DNA from: a virus | Lineage: Duplodnaviria > Caudoviricetes | IMG/VR virus record: IMGVR_UViG_3300008262_000001 | Strand: one strand, 5' to 3' | DNA: 64,000 bases | Shown here: one piece after another, positions 37,976 through 46,797 of the stretch | How positions within the stretch are numbered: the first letter of the stretch is position 1 | Layout of the letters: each line of letters starts with the position of its first letter | The notes under the pieces: model-generated | The model's input: the letters and a program-made list of their open reading frames with translations, nothing else | The model's database searches: none | Told to the model about the DNA's origin: nothing | Made by a program: the position numbers and the translations under genes

Positions 37976-39294
37976 TTGCAATTTTCTGTAAAATCGTCTG
38001 CTAAAGTTTTATCGTTTCGTATTTCTATAAATCTTGGTAAGAATAATGACCAATTGTTGTTTTTGTCATTGATTATTACATTGTACTGAACTGAACATAT
38101 CTTACCGATGTGTTGATCTGGTTCAACACTCAATTCATGAAGATCGTTGTCAGTAAAACCAGATCCTATTTTTACCTTTAATATTCCGGTTTGATCCTCA
38201 CAAATAAACCCTCCTATAAATCCTTCTCTTTTTCCTTCTCCTGGGTACCAACCTTTAATTACTAAATCGCACTCGTTTACTTCTTTGAGTTTAATCCAAT
38301 TTTTTGATCTTTTACATTCGTAAACGTGATCTGGATTTTTAAGAATAACTCCTTCACCACCTTTACTAACTATATTTTTATAGTAACTATAGATGTCTTC
38401 TTTTTCTTTTGTAACAAATGATTCAGCCAATGTTACGGAATATGTTGGGGATTTTTCAAATACCCCTTCTAATGTTTGTCTCCTTATTTCAAAAGGAATT
38501 ACCCCCTTGCCTCTTTTCAGAGTTTCTGCATCTTCAAGATCAAAAACATTGAACATTAAATCATCACCTATAGAACTTGCAGGTTTTCCTTTGAGCATTT
38601 GGTTAACTTTTCCAGAAACACTTTTTCTATTTGAGTCTGTAAGTTCACCGTCTAAAAACCAATCGCCTTCTAATCCTGAATTTTTAATAAGAAGTTTACA
38701 TTCGTTTGCTATGACTGAAAGATATCCAGAAGAAATTTCATTGAAAGCCCTCGTGAAGAATTTAACTTCTTGTCCTGACACGAAAGCGATTATTCTAACT
38801 CCGTCATATTTTTCCTCACATATGATTTTCCCCCATTTGTTTATCTCTTTCTCATCGTCCTCTGCTAACATCAGACTAGGATCAGGTATAACTTCTCTTC
38901 CGAATGCCTTGTTGATTAATTTAGCTCCGATTCCTATATTCAATCTTTTGGTTAGGACCTTACCGAGCATTTTTCTTTCTTCAAAAGAAGCTTGAGTACA
39001 ATTAACTAGCTCAAAAGCCTCTTCTCGAAATTTGTCATTTGGTGCTGGTGCTTCAAAAAGTCTGCTTGTTAGATCTACAAACTTTTCGAATGCGTCATAT
39101 TGGACTAAATATGGACTTTCTTCTATGACTTCTAATTTGTGTAGTTTAGTGGTCAAAAAAGGATCTAAAGCAACTTTTAGCAAATACTCTAACTCTTTCG
39201 AGTAGTTGTTTTTAATGAGATCCTGTTTGATTTTTTGTGATCCCTCTCCAGTAGTAGATTCTATTTGTAGAAGGACAGAAAGTTCTTTTTGCAT
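37972..39294 (-). CDS. lig: ATP-dependent DNA ligase
   Basis: MLA, EEKYDGVR (motif I), FLDGEL, FNVFD, EGVILK, WIKLK, LFLPRF. Start taken at MQKEL. Confidence 0.95.
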   Translation of the reverse strand: MQKELSVLLQIESTTGEGSQKIKQDLIKNNYSKELEYLLKVALDPFLTTKLHKLEVIEESPYLVQYDAFEKFVDLTSRLFEAPAPNDKFREEAFELVNCTQASFEERKMLGKVLTKRLNIGIGAKLINKAFGREVIPDPSLMLAEDDEKEINKWGKIICEEKYDGVRIIAFVSGQEVKFFTRAFNEISSGYLSVIANECKLLIKNSGLEGDWFLDGELTDSNRKSVSGKVNQMLKGKPASSIGDDLMFNVFDLEDAETLKRGKGVIPFEIRRQTLEGVFEKSPTYSVTLAESFVTKEKEDIYSYYKNIVSKGGEGVILKNPDHVYECKRSKNWIKLKEVNECDLVIKGWYPGEGKREGFIGGFICEDQTGILKVKIGSGFTDNDLHELSVEPDQHIGKICSVQYNVIINDKNNNWSLFLPRFIEIRNDKTLADDFTENCK

Positions 39295-39416
39295 GTTATT
39301 TGTTTTAAGCAAATTTAAGAAAATTAGAAGAAGAAAAAAAAATTCCTACTATTTTACACCAAAAAACACAGGAGTTTCCAGTGAAAGGAATAATATGAAG
39401 AAAATGGAAACGTGGA

Positions 39417-41063
39417 TTATGCTTCTGCAGGTGGTGTTTCGGCAGCTGGAGTTTCTGTCGCAGGTGTTTCAGCAGCTGGAGTAGTTTCAGCTGGTGCTGC
39501 TCCCCCTTCTGTTGCTACACCAGAAGCTCCTTGACTTTTTTCAATGTAAGTTTTGTTCATCCTAATGTCATCATAGTTTAAATCCAAGAACCTTTCAATG
39601 AGGAAGTCTTGGTTGAAATATTGTACTTCTTCATCGTTTACATTTTCTTTGATTTCTCCCAATGATGTAACAAAATCGATTTTCTTAATAAGTTGCTCAA
39701 TTTCTCTGGATTCACCAAAAACATTGTCACTTTCGAACTTAACCCCTATTTGACTTCTAAATTCTGGGTCATTCTTAAGGCTTGGAAAATCTAAACACAT
39801 TTGAATCCAAAGGGGTTTAACAACAATCTCTTGGAATATAGACCTTAATCTTGTAACAAACTTTGAAAATCTTACTTCATCTCTTTCAGATCCATCTGCT
39901 GGGATTTTAAAAGGATTTCCAGCCCCAACCCCCCATCTTGCACTAAATCTATTGTAAGGTATTTTTGAATCCTGTCTGAGTTTGTTATAGAAATAAACAA
40001 CAGAATCCATAATGTTCAAGTTTGGCCCTTGAGCATTAATGGTTTCTACTTTAACACTATTCCCTGCTTGTTGAGGAAAAAGATAGTTTTTATAAAACTG
40101 TAAATCTGGTCTTCCATTAATAGCAAGTTCTCCTGATGTTGTATCGAGTTTAATATCCTCCTTGTAAACTGACATAAGCTCGCCAAGTGTCTCTTTTGCC
40201 TTTTGTGGTGACTTACTTCCGATAGGAACTGTCATTTTAATTCTAAACTGCGAGTTCATAACATTCCAGATAATCCTAGAATGCTCCATGATCTTTAACA
40301 AGTTATAAGATCTAATCAATCTTTCCGTATAAGATGTTCTTGATGCAGTGTTGGCCTTAGCATAAGATATGTAAATAACTTGGGCATCCAAAAGTCTTCT
40401 TTGTCTTGTAGTTTCACCATAGTATTGCCACCAGATAGATTCTCTTGTGCCATCGGGTCTTTTTTCAACTGCAGGGGTTAAACTTGTTGCATCGAGTTCT
40501 TTGAATCCCACAATTTCTTTACCATCGCTAGAGTATATGATCTCAAAAGCAAGAAACCCTTCAACTAAAAGTTGTCTGAAATATTGCCAACCAGTTAACC
40601 CATTGGCAAAATTATGAAGTACATAAAGTTTTCTGAAGTTCTTCCTAAGCGCTTGTACCACATCCTCCTTTAAATCCATATTAATCATGCTAGGATGACA
40701 AAAGAAGTTTTTCTCATCGTACACTATGGCTTCATCACAAATAGTGTCTAGAATGTATTCTATTTCAGCATTGAGGGCAAACGTTCTTAAGAAATCTCTT
40801 TTGTAAGGATAGTCTTTATCAAAATAAGCGATATATTTCCTATTAGATGTGTCTTGAGCAGCTATACTATAAATGAAATCTTCGTCATCCTCAGAAAAAC
40901 CGAATCTTTCCCTCATATTGGCTTCAGATATACCAATAGCCATAGAGTCTTGAATCACAAGATCTTTGTAATCCATTCCAAAGCTTCCTAACCCGCTGAG
41001 ATTTTTAATAATCCTCGATATGTTGGGATTGAATTTTCCTAAGTTATCTATAAATCCAGCCAT
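39417..41063 (-). CDS. gp20: portal protein paralogue B (T4 gp20-like)
   Basis: EIEYILDTICDEAIV, FRQLLVEG, LLKIMEHSRII, RDEVRFSKFVTRLR. Confidence 0.88.
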   Translation of the reverse strand: MAGFIDNLGKFNPNISRIIKNLSGLGSFGMDYKDLVIQDSMAIGISEANMRERFGFSEDDEDFIYSIAAQDTSNRKYIAYFDKDYPYKRDFLRTFALNAEIEYILDTICDEAIVYDEKNFFCHPSMINMDLKEDVVQALRKNFRKLYVLHNFANGLTGWQYFRQLLVEGFLAFEIIYSSDGKEIVGFKELDATSLTPAVEKRPDGTRESIWWQYYGETTRQRRLLDAQVIYISYAKANTASRTSYTERLIRSYNLLKIMEHSRIIWNVMNSQFRIKMTVPIGSKSPQKAKETLGELMSVYKEDIKLDTTSGELAINGRPDLQFYKNYLFPQQAGNSVKVETINAQGPNLNIMDSVVYFYNKLRQDSKIPYNRFSARWGVGAGNPFKIPADGSERDEVRFSKFVTRLRSIFQEIVVKPLWIQMCLDFPSLKNDPEFRSQIGVKFESDNVFGESREIEQLIKKIDFVTSLGEIKENVNDEEVQYFNQDFLIERFLDLNYDDIRMNKTYIEKSQGASGVATEGGAAPAETTPAAETPATETPAAETPPAEA

Positions 41064-41065
41064 AG

Positions 41066-42670
41066 TTATAATTTAAATTCTCCTGCAGCTTCTTCAGGTT
41101 TAGTTTCTTCCGTGCCCTCACCCTCTTTTCCTTCTGCTTCTTTTTTCTTCTCAGCAGCTTCTTTCTTAGCTTTTTCGTTATCAATTCTATCTTGAGCTGT
41201 CATTCCAAGATATCTGTCGAGCAAGAATTGTAAACTAAAATATGGTTTACCCTCTGAATTTTTCAAGCCCAATATTTTAATCACTTGATCTTTTCTTGCT
41301 GTCATAATTTCCATCTCCTTGGCTTCTTTAAACATGTTCTCTTTCACGTAATCAAGACCAAATTCGGATTTAATTATATAGTCATTTTTGAGATGCGGAA
41401 AGTCCAAACAAAATTGGACCCAGAGGGGTTTCATTAAGATTTCTTGGTAGATTGACCTTAGCCTGTTTATGAATTTACTAAATCTAATTTCTTCCATATC
41501 CAATCCATCTGCTCCAAAGGAAATAGTTCCTTCAGATCCGCTGTCTTCTCTTCCAAATCTTGAAACTGGAACTTTTGAATCTATCCTTAATTTGTTTGCA
41601 AAATATTGAAGAGCCTTTGTATCAGAAAATGCAGTGGCATCACCAGCTCCTGGTAAAGGCTGAATATCTGGAGTTCCATTAGGAGAAGATGGCATTAAAT
41701 AATTCTTGAAGAATTGTATTTTTGGCCTTCCGTCAACTGTTAACTCACCAGAGTCTGTATTTAATCTTATGTCCTCTTTGTAAATTGACATAAGTTCACC
41801 TAGAGTTTGTTTGGCTTTTTGTGGTGATTTTGTACCTATTGGTACAGTCATAGCCATACGATAAGAGGAATTCATCACGTTCCAAATTATCCTAGTGTGC
41901 TCCATGATTCTAAGCAAATTGAATGACCTTATTAATCTTTCAATGTAGCTTATTCTCGAAGCTGTACCACCACCCTTGGCGTAACTTATATAGATGATTT
42001 GCGAATCGTACAATTTTCTGGTTAAGGAAGGATTATCAGGATATTGAATCCAGATATCAACGAAAGATCCATCAGGCTGAGCTTCTACAGTTGGAACTAA
42101 CGATGCTGCATCTATTTCTTTGAATCCAACTATACTTTTTCCTTTCTTATCGAAAACTATTTCAAAAGCAAGATTTCCCTCTACTAAAAATTTGCGGAAT
42201 AAATGCCAAGCTGAGATATCCTGATTGAATCCAAATAGGTTATAAATTTCTTTATATCTTTTTTGGGTCTGAGCATAGATTTCTTTATCGACATCTTCAT
42301 GTTGCATGAAAGAGAAATAAGCCCAGAAATTCTTATCATCATAAACTATCGATTCATCACATACAGTATCTAATATGAATTCTATTTCCGGATTTTGTGC
42401 AAACCCTTGAACATAATGTCTTTTGTTCTTGAAATCCTTATCAAAATAAGCTATGTATTGTTTTGTTGTGGTATCTGCTTTTCTTATCCCGAAAAGGAAT
42501 GACTCATCCTTTATACCACCTTTCTTAAGAAATTGTGCCTCAGTAACACCAACTGCATAGGAATTTTTTACGACTAGATCTCCATAAGCCATTCCGAAAT
42601 TTCCCACTTTTTTAATATTCTCTACAATAGAGCTAAAAAAAGTTTTTTTGCCATCTGTAAATCCAGCCAT
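41066..42670 (-). CDS. gp20: portal protein paralogue A (T4 gp20-like)
   Basis: PEIEFILDTVCDESIV, FRKFLVEG, LLRIMEHTRII, EEIRFSKFINRLR. Confidence 0.88.
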   Translation of the reverse strand: MAGFTDGKKTFFSSIVENIKKVGNFGMAYGDLVVKNSYAVGVTEAQFLKKGGIKDESFLFGIRKADTTTKQYIAYFDKDFKNKRHYVQGFAQNPEIEFILDTVCDESIVYDDKNFWAYFSFMQHEDVDKEIYAQTQKRYKEIYNLFGFNQDISAWHLFRKFLVEGNLAFEIVFDKKGKSIVGFKEIDAASLVPTVEAQPDGSFVDIWIQYPDNPSLTRKLYDSQIIYISYAKGGGTASRISYIERLIRSFNLLRIMEHTRIIWNVMNSSYRMAMTVPIGTKSPQKAKQTLGELMSIYKEDIRLNTDSGELTVDGRPKIQFFKNYLMPSSPNGTPDIQPLPGAGDATAFSDTKALQYFANKLRIDSKVPVSRFGREDSGSEGTISFGADGLDMEEIRFSKFINRLRSIYQEILMKPLWVQFCLDFPHLKNDYIIKSEFGLDYVKENMFKEAKEMEIMTARKDQVIKILGLKNSEGKPYFSLQFLLDRYLGMTAQDRIDNEKAKKEAAEKKKEAEGKEGEGTEETKPEEAAGEFKL

Positions 42671-43263
42671 TATGCTAGTGAGTTTTTCTTATATATCTCT
42701 TCAATCGGGGTCCCTTCAATTGCCCTGGTATGCAGATATACTATTCTAGTCCAATCTTCGTAGGTAATTTCTTTTGCATCTCTTATTTTCTGTAAATCCC
42801 AAGCTCTATAAGAATTCTTCCAAGGAATTCCTTTCATGATTAAATCCATAGTTGGATAGTCACATTTTAATTGCACCTGTTCTAAAACATCACCTTTTTC
42901 TATCCTTTGAACATTGGTCGATATTTGGGATTCATAGACACTACTTATTCTACTGAAAAAAGCAAGTCTATATTGAGGAGGAATAAGAACTAAATCTAGC
43001 CCACTAAATACAAGTTTATCTTGGGAGTTAAAGAATCCCATAAAAAACAAAAGAGGTCTTCTGTTTACGAATTTCTTTGATTTATCGAGTTTATCGTTGT
43101 AATCAAAGGAATATATTTTACCAACTAGAAAATCAGAAATCTGTAAGGTTGATTTTTTGTCAAGATAATTTTCTCTCCAAAACAGAAATGAAGCATCGGA
43201 TAAGGAAGACAGACCAGAGACACTCAATTGATATTCTTCGAACCTTTCCTGGAAGGATTTCAT
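42670..43263 (-). CDS. gp2: DNA end protector-like protein (T4 gp2-like)
   Basis: GKIYSFDY...RPL...GLDL..IPP..R pattern; adjacent to gp4. Confidence 0.6.
   Translation of the reverse strand: MKSFQERFEEYQLSVSGLSSLSDASFLFWRENYLDKKSTLQISDFLVGKIYSFDYNDKLDKSKKFVNRRPLLFFMGFFNSQDKLVFSGLDLVLIPPQYRLAFFSRISSVYESQISTNVQRIEKGDVLEQVQLKCDYPTMDLIMKGIPWKNSYRAWDLQKIRDAKEITYEDWTRIVYLHTRAIEGTPIEEIYKKNSLA
42690..42697 (-). promoter_or_regulatory. putative late promoter GATATATA
   Basis: 19 nt upstream of the portal A ATG at 42670. Confidence 0.6.
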
Positions 43264-43754
43264 CGCATTATAAATTTCTCATTAATAGCTCCGAACTTGT
43301 AGCCTCTATCTTCTGCAAATCTTTTAGCAGCTTCAAACTTTGCCCTGTTAGTGATCCAGATCTTAAGCTTTTCATTATATGATCGAATCTTCTTCTCAGT
43401 TAAGTTTCCAGTTGGTTCTTTTGGTCTTTTATCTAAAGCATACTGATCTTCTGGTTTGATTTCTATTAACCAGTTTTCTAGAACATCACCTTTTTTTACC
43501 TGGATATAGTAATCTATGTTGTAATTGTGCTCTTTCTTATCGATTGGACTCCAGTACTTAACACAAATTGCTTCTGAACTCCATTTAGTAATATTTGGGT
43601 TCATATCGCAATACTGGCAGAATCTTCTTTCCCAAGAACTTCTGTAAATAATGTTGTTGATATCCCCTATATACTTTTTCGGATTTGTCGGAACATAAAG
43701 TCCTTGTTGATAGACTGAGTTTTTATTAGGTCTTAAGTTCTTTATGTTTTTCAT
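43260..43754 (-). CDS. gp4: head completion nuclease (T4 gp4-like, TnsA-type)
   Basis: PTNPKKYIGD, IIYRSSWERRF, KWSSE, IEIKP, NRAKFEAA. Confidence 0.9.
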   Translation of the reverse strand: MKNIKNLRPNKNSVYQQGLYVPTNPKKYIGDINNIIYRSSWERRFCQYCDMNPNITKWSSEAICVKYWSPIDKKEHNYNIDYYIQVKKGDVLENWLIEIKPEDQYALDKRPKEPTGNLTEKKIRSYNEKLKIWITNRAKFEAAKRFAEDRGYKFGAINEKFIMR

Positions 43755-43832
43755 TTCCTACAAAATGTTTAAATTCTGTATACAGAATTCCGCTACACAG
43801 TGACTTTATATATTCAAAATGAATAATAGGGA

Positions 43833-44189
43833 TTAGATGTTGTAATTAGAGTTTTCCTCTTTTACTATTCTAGAAAATGGAATGGTCTTGATAGATTTTG
43901 GTGGATGTATCTTTTTCCAACCTTTCTTCATACCGTTGTGTGCAATCTGAGAAATGAAAGCAAAGGGATTATCTGATTTTGCTGGATCGTATCTATTCCA
44001 GTATTTTACTAAATCTTCTAATCCAGCAGATATGCAGTCTTCTCTATCTTCTGTGTCCCTATAAGAGTGAGTCTTAGACATTCCATTAACTATCAAAGTA
44101 AACATTTTTACAGTTTCTGATGTTAATTCCCCTTTCTCTTTGCTTTCTAATAAAGCTCTTTTAAGGTCTTTGTTTTTTACATATATCAT
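43833..44189 (-). CDS. gp55: late-transcription sigma factor (T4 gp55-like)
   Basis: YVKNKDL, EDCISAG, YDPAKSDNPFAFISQI. Confidence 0.75.
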   Translation of the reverse strand: MIYVKNKDLKRALLESKEKGELTSETVKMFTLIVNGMSKTHSYRDTEDREDCISAGLEDLVKYWNRYDPAKSDNPFAFISQIAHNGMKKGWKKIHPPKSIKTIPFSRIVKEENSNYNI

Positions 44190-44431
44190 GATTCGGGCAG
44201 GTTATTTTGGAGCTTAGCGATTTGATCTTCTAAATTTTTTCTTAATTGTTCCAAATTTTCCCTTGAATCTTTAATAATGTCTATTCCAATTTTACCATTT
44301 TCTATACTAGAAGTTTCTAGTTCTTGTATTTTATTCAGACAATCTTTCAAATCGTCCAAAATAAAACTGAGTCTGTTGCCTAATCCATGTTCTGGAGAGG
44401 CCTCAGACTCAGTTATTTTATTAGTGTTTAT
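44186..44431 (-). CDS. 81-codon coiled-coil reading frame with no ATG; candidate -1 frameshift extension of the 770-aa protein
   Basis: Reads INTNKITESEASPEHGLGNRLSFILDDLKDCLNKIQELE...QNNLPES*. It begins in the A10 run and its TGA overlaps the gp55 ATG. Confidence 0.6.
   Translation of the reverse strand: MNTNKITESEASPEHGLGNRLSFILDDLKDCLNKIQELETSSIENGKIGIDIIKDSRENLEQLRKNLEDQIAKLQNNLPES
44365..44414 (-). promoter_or_regulatory. long RNA hairpin (frameshift stimulator and/or terminator)
   Basis: Perfect 11-bp arms AACTGAGTCTG/CAGACTCAGTT with inner GCCT/AGGC and TCCA/TGGA pairs, followed by a U-rich tract. Confidence 0.7.
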
Positions 44432-46740
44432 TTTTTTTTTGCTTTTGGAGCTGAAGAAAGATTTGCTCTCTTTGTATCCTCTACAAATTTCTTACCGTTC
44501 TTCTTGTGATCTCCAGGAGCTGCTGCCAAATTAGCATCTTCTTCATCTTCCATAAACTTCTTAGGCTTTTCTGATTTAGCCTTTGGAGCTTTTTCAATAT
44601 GAGAATTCTTTTGGCTCTCTTTTAAAGCTAGGTTTTGCTTCTTCAAATCGTCAATGAATTGAGCTGCACTCTTAATTTTTGCTGAAGGAGCTGCTGCTAA
44701 ATTTGAATTAGTCAAATCCTGTATGAATTTTTTTCCAGCTGATTGTTTTGCATCAGGAGCAGCTGCCAAAGTTTTGTTCGAAATTGCTGCTTTACCAGTT
44801 TCTATTTTTTTATCTTTCGGAGCTGGAGCTGCGGCCAAATTTGAATTAGACTCATTATCAATAAATGTTGCTGCTGACTTTGGATCATTATCAGGAGCTT
44901 TAGCTAAATGCTTCTTATACATTGAATCGAACTCCTTGTCACCTTGTGACATTTTATTATCTCCAGGTGCTACAGATAAGCTTTGATCTGACTCACTTGT
45001 AAATTCAAGATCCATATCTGGAGTGTTGATGTCATACTGATCAACTTCATCTGCTAAATCTTCGACATCAGAGAAAAAGTATTCACCAGTTTTTCCTTCC
45101 TTAAAAAGAATTGTATAAGTCTTCGAACTTCCATCAACACCAATCACTTTACCTTTTACTCCATTTCTTTTAATTCTAACTTCAGTGTCTAATGGATATC
45201 CCATTTCTTCATTAACTGAAGAAATATCATTTGCCTTCTTCTCAAATCTTTCGATTTCAAGATTAACTTGGTTCCACTTATTTTTCAAAGAGGTAATTTC
45301 GTTTTCTATGCCTTCTTCCAAATTGATTAATTCTGGAGACTGGGCAATAAGAGGATTCTGTTGTTTTACATTTTCGATCTTTCTAAGTTCACCTTCTAAG
45401 ATTTCAATGTTTTTGACAATTTCTTTTTTGTCATTTTTCATAACACTTAAGAAAGCTTCCTCTCCGTTCAAAAACTCAGTCAAAGACTCTGATATATCAA
45501 ACTTGATGAAGTCTTTAATTATGTTAACTGCTTGAGTAGCATTTGACTCATAAATTTTATTGAGTTTCATTGCTGGATTAACAGTTTGAACATAAATTTT
45601 ATCCTTCAATTTGAAAACGTTTGCCTCAACACCTTCGTAAACTTTTGACTTAATTTTCTTTCCGAAATCGATATCTACAATTTCTTCTGAAGCTGAAGCT
45701 ACAAAGATTGCTCTGTTTATCCTGCTATTAGCACCTTCTAAAAGATTTCCAGTAGAAACGCTAACTGCTAAAGGTAAATCGCTCTCACTGATTTTCTTTC
45801 CGTCGTAATAAATTGTTTTCTCTTTGTTTTCAAAAACAATTTCAACTTTGTTTTTACCTATATTCAAGGTAATTTTGTTATTGTCTATGTTAATATCTCT
45901 ATCACCAACCATTACAGCTTTTTGTTGAAAATCAACAGGAACTTCCTCCATTTGACATTCAAATATTGTTTGTGTAGTCTCTTCTATTTTGAAGTATTTT
46001 CCACTAGAGAAGAATACCACTCCACTTTCAGTAACAAGCAAAGGTGAATATATGTTAGAAACCTCACAAATTGAATTGTCTGCTCCTACATAGAATTTAT
46101 TACTAACCTTATTTTCGTGAATTGATAAAAAGCTAACGAGATTTCTTACCATTGGATTAAATCCAAATCTTTTAAGTCCATGCAAAAGCGAATCTGTAGT
46201 TCTTTTCTCTGAAACCAACCAATTTTTCATAGTGGATGTTGCATCAGAAAATATGTCTCTGCCTGGAGCATTTTTAATTGACTCGTATGTCTTTATTACC
46301 TCTATTTCTCTTCTTCTATTTTCAAAAATGTGAGTTACGTTTTCTAAAACAGATGCAGCTGATCCTTCCCACGAAAAAGAGCTAAGTTCTTGAATAAATC
46401 CTTCTATCAAAAAAGCTTCTGGAATATTTTTAGAAATTAATAGACCTTCAAATTTCTCCAACATAATTTTACCTGCTGGAAGATCATAAAGACTAGAATT
46501 TTTAAGTGCAGATACTGTATTCAATAAACCAAAACTAAAGATTGTGTCCTCAGTTGCTTTGGGTGAAAAATTAGTATCTTTTGATTCTTTAATCATTTGC
46601 GAAGTTGATCCATTTAAAAATGAAGATGCAACAGGAGCTTTTTGAGCATCTAATCCAGCCCATTCTCTAAGAGAATCTGCAGCATTTTTGGAAGTCTCCA
46701 TATTTAATTTGTTAATTTCTGGATTAATATTTTTTTCCAT
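44428..46740 (-). CDS. large putative virion protein with a coiled coil, a KOW/SH3-like module and C-terminal 23-aa repeats
   Basis: 770 aa; EVRIKRNGVKGKVIGVD; NLAAAP repeats; late promoter upstream. Confidence 0.7.
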   Translation of the reverse strand: MEKNINPEINKLNMETSKNAADSLREWAGLDAQKAPVASSFLNGSTSQMIKESKDTNFSPKATEDTIFSFGLLNTVSALKNSSLYDLPAGKIMLEKFEGLLISKNIPEAFLIEGFIQELSSFSWEGSAASVLENVTHIFENRRREIEVIKTYESIKNAPGRDIFSDATSTMKNWLVSEKRTTDSLLHGLKRFGFNPMVRNLVSFLSIHENKVSNKFYVGADNSICEVSNIYSPLLVTESGVVFFSSGKYFKIEETTQTIFECQMEEVPVDFQQKAVMVGDRDINIDNNKITLNIGKNKVEIVFENKEKTIYYDGKKISESDLPLAVSVSTGNLLEGANSRINRAIFVASASEEIVDIDFGKKIKSKVYEGVEANVFKLKDKIYVQTVNPAMKLNKIYESNATQAVNIIKDFIKFDISESLTEFLNGEEAFLSVMKNDKKEIVKNIEILEGELRKIENVKQQNPLIAQSPELINLEEGIENEITSLKNKWNQVNLEIERFEKKANDISSVNEEMGYPLDTEVRIKRNGVKGKVIGVDGSSKTYTILFKEGKTGEYFFSDVEDLADEVDQYDINTPDMDLEFTSESDQSLSVAPGDNKMSQGDKEFDSMYKKHLAKAPDNDPKSAATFIDNESNSNLAAAPAPKDKKIETGKAAISNKTLAAAPDAKQSAGKKFIQDLTNSNLAAAPSAKIKSAAQFIDDLKKQNLALKESQKNSHIEKAPKAKSEKPKKFMEDEEDANLAAAPGDHKKNGKKFVEDTKRANLSSAPKAKKK
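44440..44990 (-). repeat. coding repeat of about 8 units, about 23 aa each (K.F.DD...NLAAAP)
   Basis: LSVAP, LAKAP, LAAAP x4 and LSSAP, mostly spaced 23 residues apart. Confidence 0.8.
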
Positions 46741-46759
46741 TTGTTATTCGCTTTTTTAG

Positions 46760-46767
46760 TATATATC
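46760..46767 (-). promoter_or_regulatory. putative late promoter GATATATA
   Basis: 19 nt upstream of the ATG at 46740. Confidence 0.6.
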
Positions 46768-46797
46768 CATTCTATTTTTAGAATCCCGTGTCCAATT

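Noticed and set aside
38393-38995. 200-aa plus-strand ORF
   Set aside because: It lies entirely antisense to the ligase and has no motif or expression signal.
44181-44188. GATATATG at the gp55 start as an autoregulatory promoter
   Set aside because: It is an imperfect match formed by the first codons (ATG ATA TAT G) and lies downstream of the start.
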